DNA of 21,100 nucleotides from Octopus sinensis (Eukaryota). Positions within the stretch are counted from its first letter, which is position 1. Every line of letters starts with the position of its first letter. Made by a program: the position numbers and the translations under genes. The notes under the pieces are model-generated. The model was given only the letters and a program-made list of their open reading frames with translations, ran no database searches and was not told the DNA's origin. This document shows, one piece after another, positions 1-10,805 of the stretch. Where the stretch lies: assembly GCF_006345805.1 (NCBI RefSeq), contig NW_021823962.1, forward strand, positions 1 through 21,100, read 5' to 3'.

Positions 1-460
1 TTGTGGTGGTGATAGTTTTCGTGGTGGTATTTTTCTTTTGATCTCTCTTCCAAACTGACCACGCCGTGGGCAGGAGCTGGTGTTAGCAGTGGACATTCGT
101 TATCGTCACTGAGTAAACGTAATTAGGTAGAGGAAAGAAATACAGATATTCTAGAGTTGAGTTGGGGAGGGGGGGTCCAGTTGAGGCGGGTAGTATAGGG
201 GAGCAACCAGTGGGGAAGGTTGGGGTAAGGAGGAACGATGGCAGGAAGGATTGGTGTAGGTTCGTAAGAAATAAAAAACGTAGGATATTACGAGGCGGGA
301 GGGTACTAAAAGGGGATGGTCGGATTGAGGCAGTGTCAGGAGGAAGCAAAGATCGGTGGGCAGTTGATGAGCTATGGCGCTAGCAGCTTGTCTTTTCACA
401 GTGAAAGCATATGAGGAGAAGGGGTAGTGGGGGAGGAGGGGAGGGAGTAGGGCGTATCCG
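1..460 (-). other. C/T-rich (minus strand) segment, possibly a non-coding PLE/retroelement flank; unclassified
   Basis: Strong strand asymmetry resembling the C-rich PLE fragment at the other end of the window. No recognisable protein motif in the three minus frames. Confidence 0.2.
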
Positions 461-470
461 GGTAGATGGT

Positions 471-660
471 GAGAACAGGGTTATACTGGTATTGGTGGTG
501 GGGGTGAGAACAGTGTTCACCGGTATTGGTGGGGGCGGTGAGAACAGTGTTCACCGGTATTGGTGGTGGGGGTGAGAACAGTGTTCACGGTATTGGTGGT
601 GGGGGTGAGAACAGTGTTCACCGGTATGGTGGTGGGGGTGAGAACAGTTCATCGGTGGTA
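471..660. repeat. G-rich 34-bp minisatellite, about 6 copies
   Basis: Unit GAGAACAGTGTTCACCGGTATTGGTGGTGGGGGT starts at 471, 506, 540, 574, 607 and 640. No spacers. Followed by a G-run (667-693). Confidence 0.95.
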
Positions 661-696
661 TGGTGTGGGGGGGTGGGGTGGGGGGGGGGCGGGCGC

Positions 697-3121
697 ACCG
701 CCAATGGCGGAAAGATGGGAAAAGATAGGATTACGGCTTGAGGTAGCCTAAGGTAAATTTCGTAGAGAGAGAGATAGGAAAGATAAATCAAGTTATGGCG
801 AAGGCTTGAAAGTAGCCTAAAAGGTTAAATTTTCGTAGCGAATGAGATGGGTAAGACGAATCAAGTTATCAATGTATGAATAAACGTAGTAACAACGAAT
901 AAAAATAGTAAGATAAATTTTTTTAAGAACTTGCTGCGGGCATCGACTGGAGTTGAAATTGAAAGAGAAGTAAGTTGAATTGGGAATTTAATTGCAGAAT
1001 CGTAATGGTAATGGCGATTTTCAAGTTTTAGCATAAGAAGAAGAAGAGGAGGAAAAAAAGACCGCCAATGGCGGAAAGATGGGAAAAGATAGGATTACGG
1101 CTTGAGGTAGCCTAAGGTTAAATTTCGTAGAGAGAGAGAGATAGGAAAGATAAATCAAGTTATGGCGAAGGCTTGAAAGTAGCCTAAAAGGTTAAATTTT
1201 CGTAGCGAATGAGATGGGTAAGACGAATCAAGTTATCAATGTATGAATAAACGTAGTAACAACAAATAAAAATAGTAAGATAAATTTTTTTAAGAACTTG
1301 CTGCGGCCATCGACCGGGAGTTGAAATTGAAGAAGAAAGTAAGTTGAATTGGGAATTTAAATTGCAGAATCGTAATGGTAATGGCGATTTTCAAGTTTTA
1401 GCATAAGAAGAAGAGGAGGAAAAAAAAGACCGCCAATGGCGGAAAGATGGGAAAAGATAGGATTACGGCTTGAGGTAGCCTAAGGTTAAATTTCGTAGAG
1501 AGAGAGATAGGAAGAAGATAATCAAGTTATGGCGAAGGCTGAAAGTAACCTAAAAGGTTAAATTTTCGTAGCGAATGAGATGGGTAAGACGAATCAAGTT
1601 ATCAATGTATGAATAAACGTAGTAACAACGAATAAAAATAGTAAGATAAATTTTTTAAGAACTTGCTGCGGGCATCGACTGGGAGTTGAATTGAAGAAGA
1701 AAGTAAGTTGAATTGGGAATTTAATTGCAGAATCGTAATGGTAATGGCGATTTTCAAGTTTTAGCATAAGAAGAAGAAGAGGAGGAAAAAAAGACCGCCA
1801 ATGGCGGAAAGATGGGAAAAGATAGGATTACGGCTTGAGGTAGCCTAAGGTTAAATTTCGTTAGAGAGAGAGATAGGAAAGATAAATAAAAAGTTATGGC
1901 GAAGGCTTGAAAGTAGCCTAAAAGGTAAATTTTCGTAGCGAATGAGATGGTAAGACGAATCAAGTTATCAATGTATGAATAAAAGTAGTAACAACAAATA
2001 TAAAAATAGTAGTAAGATAATTTTTTTAAGAACTTGCTGCGGCCATCGACCGGGAGTGAAATTGAAGAAGAAAGTAAGTTGAATTGGGAATTTAAATGCA
2101 GAATCGTAATGGTAATGGCGATTTTCAAGTTTTAGCATAAGAAGAAGAGGAGGAAAAAAAGACCGCCATGGCGAAAGATGGGAAAAGATAGGATTACGGC
2201 TTGAGGTAGCCTAAGGTTAAATTTTCGTAGAGAGAGAGATAGGAAAGATAAATCAAGTTATGGCGAAGGCTTGAAAGTAGCCTAATAGGTTAAATTTTCG
2301 TAGCGAATGAGATGGGTAAGACGAATCAAGTTATCAATGTATGAATAAACGTCAGTAACAACGAATAAAACTAGTAAGATAAATTTTTTAAGAAAAACTT
2401 GTGCGGGCATCGGACGGGAGTTGAATTGAAGAAGAAAGTAAGTTGAATTGGAATTTAAATTGCAGAATCGTAATGGTAATGGCGATTTTCAAATTTAGCA
2501 TAAGAAGAGAAGAGGAGGAAAAAAAGACCGCCAATGGCGGAAAGATGGGAAAAGATGGATTCGCTTGAGGTAGCCTAAGGTTAAATTTCGTAGAGAGGAG
2601 AGAGATAGGAAAGATAAATCAAGTTATGGCGAGGCTTGAAAGTAGCCTTGAAAAAAGGTGTGAAAAGTTTTCGTAGCGAATGAGATGGGTAAGACGAATC
2701 AAGTTATCAATGTAGATAAACGTACAGTAAACAACGAATAAAAATAGTAAGATAAATTTTTTAAGAACTTGCTGGGGCATCGACCGGGAGTTGAAATTGA
2801 AGAAGAAAGTAAGTTGAATTGGGAATTTAAATTGCAGAATCGTAATGGTAATGGCGATTTTCAAGTTTTAGCATAAGAAGAAGAAGAGGAGGAAAAAAAG
2901 ACCGCCAATGGCGGAAAGATGGGAAAAGATAGATTACGATTGAGGTAGAGCCTAAGGTTAAATTTTCGTAGAGAGAGAGAGAGGAAAGATAAATCAAGTT
3001 ATGGCGAAGGCTTGAAAGTAGCCTAAAAGGTTAAATTTTCGTAGCGAAGAGTAAGACGAATCAAGTTATCAATGTATGAATAAACGTAGTAACAACGAAT
3101 AAAAATAGTAAGATAATTTTT
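697..3121. repeat. ~367-bp tandem satellite, about 6.6 copies, with internal subrepeats
   Basis: ACCGCCA(A)TGGCG unit starts at 697, 1061, 1429, 1794, 2162, 2527 and 2901. Copies differ mainly by small indels. Ends abruptly in (TA)n. Confidence 0.97.
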
Positions 3122-3122
3122 T

Positions 3123-3178
3123 TATATATATATATATATATATATCTATATAATATATATAATATATATATCTATATA

Positions 3179-3225
<47 letters not shown>

Positions 3226-3262
3226 GGTATGTATGTATGTATGTATGTAGGATGTATGTATA
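3123..3262. repeat. (TA)n/(TATG)n microsatellite
   Basis: Direct inspection. Confidence 0.95.
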
Positions 3263-3296
3263 TAGGGTGGTGAGCCCTATATATCCTTTCGGATAT

Positions 3297-3420
3297 ATTG
3301 CCCCTTCATCCTGTCAGGGTCGATTAAAATAAGACAGTAACGCACTGAGTTCAATATAATCGACTAAATCCTTGTGTTTGTCCCCTCTATGTTTAGCCCC
3401 CTGCGGGCAACAAATAGATG
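3297..3420 (+). mobile_element. 3' part of a tRNA-derived SINE (family B, same as 14137-17066 copies), diverged
   Basis: ttgccccttcatcctgtcagggtcgat...tataatcgact matches the ttgcctttcatcctttcggggtcgat...taatcgact body of the other copies. Its tail gccccctgcgggcaacaaa matches the tail of the minus copy at 15127. Confidence 0.7.
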
Positions 3421-3507
3421 AATAATATATATATATATATATATAATGTATGTATATATGTAGGTATGTATGTACGTATGTGGTGGGGGTATGTGTGTAT
3501 GTATGAT

Positions 3508-3662
3508 GGGCTTCCACAAAGCTTCCTCATACCAAATTTATTCACGCAACACCGTAGTCGGTTCGGTGCTATAGCAGAAAGCATTTGACCAAATTAGTGC
3601 GCTGTGGAACCGAACCCGGATCTTAGTGTTTGCGAAGCGAGCTTCTTAACCGCACAGCCATC
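3508..3662 (-). mobile_element. tRNA-derived SINE (family A), diverged
   Basis: Reverse complement begins tggctgtgcggttaagaag (A-box-like) then ccgggttcggttcc (B-box-like). Homologous to 8853-9017 and 17723-17767. Confidence 0.7.
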
Positions 3663-4124
3663 ATACAAAGGTTACTGATGCAGAACGTTTCATGCATTTC
3701 TCACCGCTAGTTAAACTGGATATCGGTAGTACTACTACCATTATACAGTTCTATTACAATCTCCGCTACATGCCTTAAAATTTTCCTATATGAAACGAAC
3801 TACGACATTAATAACGCAACTAAGAGCTATTTAGGCAAGAACTAACATGAAAATACTAAAAATTTAAAATTAAATGTCCATTCGATTTGCAAATTATGTC
3901 CTAACATTCGAATCTAATGCTGGAAATCCGTAATAAAATATATCTGGAATTAGAAAAGTTTAAATATGTAAACAGAAGATATCGAAAAATTCGCATACAA
4001 CATAAATAATAAAAAAAAACGTTAAAAAAACGAAATAATTTTTACGTATGACAAACATTAACCAACGGACATCAGATTGAGTTTATGTTCAATTACTTGG
4101 CGGAAGTAAAACTGATCAGTATAT

Positions 4125-4196
4125 GGTGTGTGTGTACATACATACATACATACATAAATGCATACATACATACATACATACATACATACACACATG

Positions 4197-4278
<82 letters not shown>

Positions 4279-4422
4279 GCGTAATTTCAAATTTAATTAT
4301 TTCCAAAAATAGTTATACGAGTCATATTGATCATTATATGTGTGTGTGTGGCGTGTGTTTGCTAGTATATATATATATATATAGATATATATATATATAT
4401 ATTATATATATATATCTATATA

Positions 4423-4456
<34 letters not shown>

Positions 4457-4606
4457 AATAAAATACCTATATGTATACATAAAAATATTAAAATCAATAC
4501 ATATATATATACATACGCATATATATCATGTATATATGTGTACATATATAAATATATATGTATTTATATAAATTATATATATATGTAATATATATATGTA
4601 TATAAA

Positions 4607-4653
<47 letters not shown>

Positions 4654-4827
4654 TTATATCTGCATATGAATATTTATATATGTATATATATATACATATA
4701 CATCATACATGCATACATACATCTATATATATAAATATATATATGTTTCATTGTATATAGATTAATATATATATATATATATTATATATATATATAATAT
4801 ATACATAATGATATATACATATATGTA

Positions 4828-4861
<34 letters not shown>

Positions 4862-4951
4862 TGGTGGTGTGTGTGTATATATATTATATATGTATATTTC
4901 CATATGCATGTATGTATATATGTATGTATATATGTATGTATATATGTATAT

Positions 4952-4988
<37 letters not shown>

Positions 4989-4990
4989 GT
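4125..4990. repeat. Compound (TACA)n/(TA)n/(TG)n/(TAGA)n microsatellite field
   Basis: Direct inspection. Confidence 0.9.
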
Positions 4991-5450
4991 AGTGTGTAAT
5001 TTTCAAATTTAATTATTTCCAAAATGAAGTCATACGACTATAATAAACAGTCGTGTGCAGCACGGATGTGGAAAAACATAACACGAGGCTGCATTTCTGG
5101 CTTCAGATTCCAGGTTCGAATACATCACTCGGGCATTGGAGTCCCTGCATAATATTGTGGAACTGTGCTGATGTTAGAAATTAATTTGTTTTTTGGGTAC
5201 AAAAGTCTACATTTTCAGAGTTGGAATCGGTCGCATTGTTGTGATTTTTAACCTTTTACTTGCTGCAGCATGGTCTGAATTGCGGCTACCCTGGGGCACC
5301 GCCTATAAAATTGTAGTCCTAAGAATCGATTCTAATACAAATTCTTTTTTTTAAGTCTAATATTTGTGTTTTTTGGCCCTCTTTTGTCGAACCGTTAAGT
5401 TACGGGGTGGGATTAAGGAAACTAACAATGGATGTTAAAGGGTAACGAGA

Positions 5451-5461
5451 AACACACACAG

Positions 5462-5493
<32 letters not shown>

Positions 5494-5535
5494 CTATCTA
5501 TCGATCTATCTATCTATAATATATATATATATATA

Positions 5536-5595
<60 letters not shown>
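5451..5595. repeat. (CA)n/(TA)n microsatellite
   Basis: Direct inspection. Confidence 0.95.
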
Positions 5596-5596
<1 letters not shown>

Positions 5597-5899
5597 GAAA
5601 TTCGTTCTGTCTGTCTGAGTGTGTCTTCTAGGATCTTGGGCATCCCGCATCCGGTTGCGCTCAAATTTGATGTGTAGATACCGACGATATCAGGGCGGGT
5701 ATAAGTCTTAAAGAAATTACAAAAATCGATTCCAGTTGAGAATGCGATCGATAAAGCCGTGGGATCGTGCACTTATACGAGCAAGTACATCAGTTGTTGC
5801 GATCGATACTACGCGTGCGCGAGAAAAATGCACGTGGAGTTTGCGCAAAAAAAAGCCGGCTGGCTTGAAACAATGCCACAAATTGGGAGGGTCGGACAA
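5596..5899 (+). mobile_element. Probable non-autonomous Helitron-like element, 5' part
   Basis: Starts from (TA)n with tctgtctgtctg and continues catccggttgcgctcaaatttgat, the same layout as the 5' end of the Helitron at 20454. No 3' CTAG end seen. Confidence 0.4.
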
Positions 5900-6322
5900 G
5901 TTGAAGCATTTGAAGAAATGGAAGATTTTGAATTTTCCTTCTCCACATATTTCAAAATGTTTACTCAGTTGAATTTTCCGTAGCTCCACTCGTCGGATGT
6001 GTTGTCGGTGTGTTCTTGTCCGCTGGCAAAGAGAATTATTGGGTTCGCCGATATAATTCTCCTTGCATTTTGGGCAAGTTTTGCAATATATGAGGTTTTG
6101 TGTCGTGCAGTTCATATCTGCATTTACTTTGAATAAGAATCCACACTTAAATTTTATATGGGTGTCTCCGTCTATATATTTGTAGTTATTGTTGTTGTAG
6201 CATATTCCACGTTCACTGTCTCTATATTCCTTTTCGGAGAATTCCGTTTCATCCTCTGATGTGAACTTTGCTCTTATAAGCTGTTTTTCAGATTTTTCCC
6301 TGGCGTTTACTATTTCGTTCAT
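5900..6322 (-). pseudogene. Penelope-like element GIY-YIG endonuclease fragment, degenerate and truncated
   Basis: Translation QLIRAKF...[39 protein letters not shown]...SKHFEIC...FKIFHFFKC has the LIY/YIG motifs, CxxC insert and conserved R/H typical of PLE endonucleases. Upstream Cys motif decayed. C-terminal catalytic Glu region missing. Confidence 0.88.
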
Positions 6323-6371
6323 ATGTGTGCACAAATATGAACATCTACATATATAGATGTCTTTTAGTGTG

Positions 6372-6376
<5 letters not shown>

Positions 6377-6444
<68 letters not shown>

Positions 6445-6594
6445 AATATATATATATTATATATGTGTATATATATATGTGTGTGTGTACGTGTGTGTAT
6501 TTATATATATATATATATAAATTATATAAAGTTAATCCAAACAAGAAAACAAAACAAAAAAAACACAACAACGCAAGGACGTGGAAAAATAAAG

Positions 6595-6647
<53 letters not shown>

Positions 6648-6687
6648 AGTACACACACGTACGCACACACATATATAATATATATAT

Positions 6688-6738
<51 letters not shown>

Positions 6739-6800
6739 TACATATATATATATATATATATAATATATTATATATATATATATATTATATATATATATAA
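6377..6800. repeat. (TA)n-dominated microsatellite field
   Basis: Direct inspection. Confidence 0.95.
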
Positions 6801-7315
6801 ACACACACTATGTGAGTGTATAGTAAACTCAAAAATCACCCTTTCGAAACCATCTAGAAATTCAATCAAAAACAGTTGACCATATCCATACAACTTTAAT
6901 GAATACAAAAGAACAAGACCTGGAAAAGCAATTGTAAGTTGTACTGAAGAAAGTCAAAAACAACATCTGGTTTGTCAATAAAAATCTTGACCAACTCAAA
7001 TACATAAATTCTTTTTCCTTCCACACTCTAAAAGGCCACTAAGTACTGAACAAACAAGTCTGACCATACGAATACAAAAGCCACGCCTCTTTACTTTTCC
7101 CTCCTTCTCGAAAAATTGTTTCTTCTTTCTTCTCCCTTGATTGGCAAACCCACAGAATTTTTTATATATGAAATGGCCAAGAAATCTAAATTTAAACCAC
7201 TTTTTGATCAATCCGATAACGGAAGAAAGCGCTGAAAGTGTAAATAAAATATAAATAAAAAAGTATATATAATCATCCAACTTCGGACTACATTATATTC
7301 TTTATATATAAATAA

Positions 7316-7366
<51 letters not shown>

Positions 7367-7523
7367 TATATACCAATTAAGGACTGAACACGAAAAGTGG
7401 ACAGTCAACATGCTAGATATACGTCAAATCGCCATTCTCCACAAAAAGTCTATGTTCTCAGATCAAACTCAACACAAAACCAAAGCAATAAACAAGTGAA
7501 AAATATACGAAATAAATATTTAC

Positions 7524-7587
7524 CCATGTACTAATTAGTTTCGGTTGTTATTTTCCGCAAGGAAAAGTGCAACCATCATCAGCATGG
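7524..7587 (-). ncRNA. Type I hammerhead ribozyme
   Basis: Minus strand: CCAUG-CUGAUGA-U-GGUUG-cac-UUUUCC-uugc-GGAAAA-uaa-CAACC-GAAA-CUAAUUAG-UA-CAUGG. Intact core, helix I 5 bp, helix II 5+6 bp, palindromic helix III, GUA cleavage triplet. Confidence 0.85.
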
Positions 7588-7868
7588 TCCCATATAAAAT
7601 GCAATTTGCTATACTAAATGCCAACACGATACCGAAATATCGCGTGCATGGAGTACGGCCTATTACATTTGAAATATATATTTCAAATGTCTCTACTTTT
7701 GGCGCGATGAGACCCGAGAAAACTAGCCTGCAGCTAATAGTTAGCAGCAGTTAATTTATCGGTTAGAGAACAAATATTTATATAAAATTAAAATTTAGAG
7801 TAAAAATTGATATTTATCAATTAGAACCAGTGGTCTAGCATATTTTTTTATTCTAATTTTAATTAATA

Positions 7869-7927
<59 letters not shown>

Positions 7928-8014
7928 TAATATATATATTTGGTGGTGTGTGTTTGTGTGTGTGTGTGTGTATTATGCGCCAAATCTTAAATGCTAAATT
8001 TTTTAAATATTTAC

Positions 8015-8096
8015 TCACCTGAAGAAAACGGTTTTTTTTCATAATGTAGTTGATTGTTTAAGCAATAAAAAAGCGCGTCTGAAACAGCTGTAGTGA
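8015..8096 (+). ncRNA. Degenerate type I hammerhead ribozyme motif
   Basis: UCAC-CUGAAGA-...-GAAA-CAGCUG-UA-GUGA. Core, palindromic helix III and 4-bp helix I are present. Helix II (55 nt) is only partially paired. Confidence 0.55.
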
Positions 8097-8852
8097 ATCT
8101 CAATCCATTTCTCTGTATGTAAACACACACACATACATTCGGGATTTACTAGCATTTGTTTTGCTTTTCATCTTGGACCATTCTTTAATACAATCCGCTA
8201 CTTTTAGAAATACGTCTCGAGGTATTATGCCGAATAATTGTCTTTGATTGTGTTCTATATTCAACTCCAAGTAATAAAAAAGATTTAAGAAAGTCGGACG
8301 ATATAATTGCAGGAGTGAATTCATTTCAAAATCAAATGCTTTTAAACGTCGCTTATAAACGGAGATATTTCCTCTTTGAGAGACTTTATGGAGAATGTAA
8401 ATCTTCTCTCTGGAAATAATAAATGCAGTGAGATTCTTGGAGCAGTAGCCAAATTAATGAGACGTCTGAGATTTTGGTAATCTCCAGCAATAAACCATTT
8501 CATAACAATTTTGCAAAGAATCAAATATGTGAGACACAAAAACATGGCCTACTAAGTTAGAAAAAACAGAATTATTGATATTAATGAGACAATTATGAAC
8601 TATCCAAACAAAAACTGAACATTGAAATTCTAAATATATTTCAACAGAGATTTATTGAGAGGAAACGTGAAGTATAATCTATTTTCAATAAGAAAACATT
8701 GAATACATACGAATACCACATAATATAAACATGAAAGACAAATTTAGTGTTGACATCGTTAGTCATTGACGATAGCTACATCTGAAAGAAAATTGGTTAA
8801 ATTATTTTGTAATCGACTTACCTCATCCGCTGAGATCACTGTCCTTATGCCA

Positions 8853-8978
8853 AACTTCGACATCATGTGGTCTTGGGTTCAGTACCACTGAGCGGCACCT
8901 TGAGCAATTATATTCAACTATAGCCCTGAGTTGACCAAATCCTTGAGAGTGGATATAGTACACGGGAACTTTTAGAAA
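8853..8978 (+). mobile_element. SINE family A body, diverged
   Basis: gggttcagtaccactgagcggcaccttgagcaa...tatagccctgagttgaccaaatccttgagagtggat is collinear with the reverse complement of 3508-3662. Confidence 0.65.
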
Positions 8979-8982
8979 ATCA

Positions 8983-9017
8983 TTGGGAACCAAGTTTCTT
9001 ACCACACAGCCATGCGT
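8983..9017 (-). mobile_element. SINE family A head fragment, tail-to-tail with the preceding copy
   Basis: ttcttaccacacagccatgc is the reverse complement of the tRNA-like head gcatggctgtgtggtaagaa. Confidence 0.6.
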
Positions 9018-9064
9018 GGTGTGTGTATAGATAAACATACTAACTTGTATGTTTTGATGAAATA

Positions 9065-9420
9065 TGGAGTAAAGATTTTTGCCAACATACCACGACAGTC
9101 CTGGTTTAGGACTAATGTTGCTGTAATTTAGCCTCAGGAGGCATCGTCTCCAGCTTGATATACAACACGATCTGTGTCCTTATATTTTCGAACAAGGGAG
9201 GCTAGCACCCCCACTTTTTGAAGAGAAATAACCCAGAAATCGGGATACACAGATAATGTTTTGAGCTTAGTGGGGGTACTAGATTCCCTTGTTCGAAAAT
9301 ATAAGGACGCAGATCGTGTCGTATAGCCAGCTGGAGACGATGTCTCCTAGGGTTAAATTACAGCAACATTAGTCCTAAACCAGGACTGCCCTGTTATGTT
9401 GGCAAACAATCTTTACTCCA
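9065..9420. mobile_element. Foldback/MITE-like element with ~150-bp inverted arms and a ~53-bp spacer
   Basis: 9066-9215 is the near-identical reverse complement of 9269-9419 (GGAGTAAAGATT...CCCCCACT / AGTGGGGG...AATCTTTACTCC). No clear TSD. Confidence 0.88.
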
Positions 9421-9839
9421 AAGTACCGTTGCTGAATATCTCTCGTTGTGAGATTTAAAAATAGTAATTTTCTAATTGATGAAATATATAAAGTCCCAAT
9501 TGTTTTTATTATTTGTTTTATTCTGATCGAATGTATATTTTATATTTTTCTTATTATCGGTACATTACGTTTTACTTGATTTAAATTTTTATTTTATTTT
9601 ATCAATCTTTATTATTTTATTCTTATATATATTTTTTCATTATTCATATGAGAAACATCGTTTTATTCTATCTCAGTTCAGTAATGGCGACAGAATGCTT
9701 CAATAACTAAAATGCATTGTTATAGAAATAAGCAAACTAGCAAGTAAAAAAAAACAAAAAAAAAACGGAGTACTTATTACACAAACCACCCGAGGAGACG
9801 CATCATTGATGATTGATAATTGATTATATGGCATCTCAC

Positions 9840-9932
9840 CTGTAAGGTAAGGGCTGCTTGATGAGATGGAACGATGGTAGTGGTCATGCGAAAGGAGTTT
9901 CGTGAATTCCGCTTTCTGTTTCTCATATGTTT
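9840..9932 (-). CDS. Candidate 93-bp internal host exon, product unknown: (E)[30 protein letters not shown](G)
   Basis: Acceptor acttatAG|AA and donor CAG|GTGAGA. Length is a multiple of 3, phase 1-1, open frame, GC-richer island in AT-rich DNA. No homology recognised. Confidence 0.4.
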
Positions 9933-9949
9933 CTATAAGTATATACGTA

Positions 9950-10587
<638 letters not shown>

Positions 10588-10805
10588 AATCAATTTAGGG
10601 TAGCAAAAAATTCAGTAAAAATTTATCGCTACCAGCGGCCTAATGGAAAAGAGAAAATAGTCAAGACTAAATATGTATAAATATAACATTTAGGAATGGC
10701 CTGAACAGGCCATTCGTCCACCAGAAGAGAGCAGCCATAACTCCAACCGCCAAGTAGTGTAATTCGGAAATAAGGTGAAAATTTAAAAACATTTACCCTA
10801 ATTCA

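Noticed and set aside
471-650. Steroid-receptor-like element AGAACA-G-TGTTCA
   Set aside because: Half-site spacing is 1 rather than the canonical 3, and it lies inside a minisatellite. No support for function.
471-660. CRISPR-like 34-bp repeats
   Set aside because: Units are contiguous with no unique spacers, there are no cas genes, and the context is eukaryotic.
1754-2864. ORFs in the 367-bp satellite
   Set aside because: Frames are not conserved between copies (frequent indels) and no motif is recognisable.
6941-7005. CTGAAGA followed by a GTCAA/TTGAC stem
   Set aside because: No GAAA, no helix III and no NUH triplet. Not a hammerhead.
6810-7300. Stop-interrupted plus-strand frame (HLEIQSKT...NKNLDQLK) and a strong minus-strand acceptor near 7233
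   Set aside because: No recognisable domain and no convincing donor or frame. It may be a decayed TE but cannot be assigned.
9855-9910. TTGATGAG...CGAAA hammerhead-like spacing on the plus strand
   Set aside because: C3 is absent, helix II pairs poorly, the triplet would be GUG and there is no helix I.
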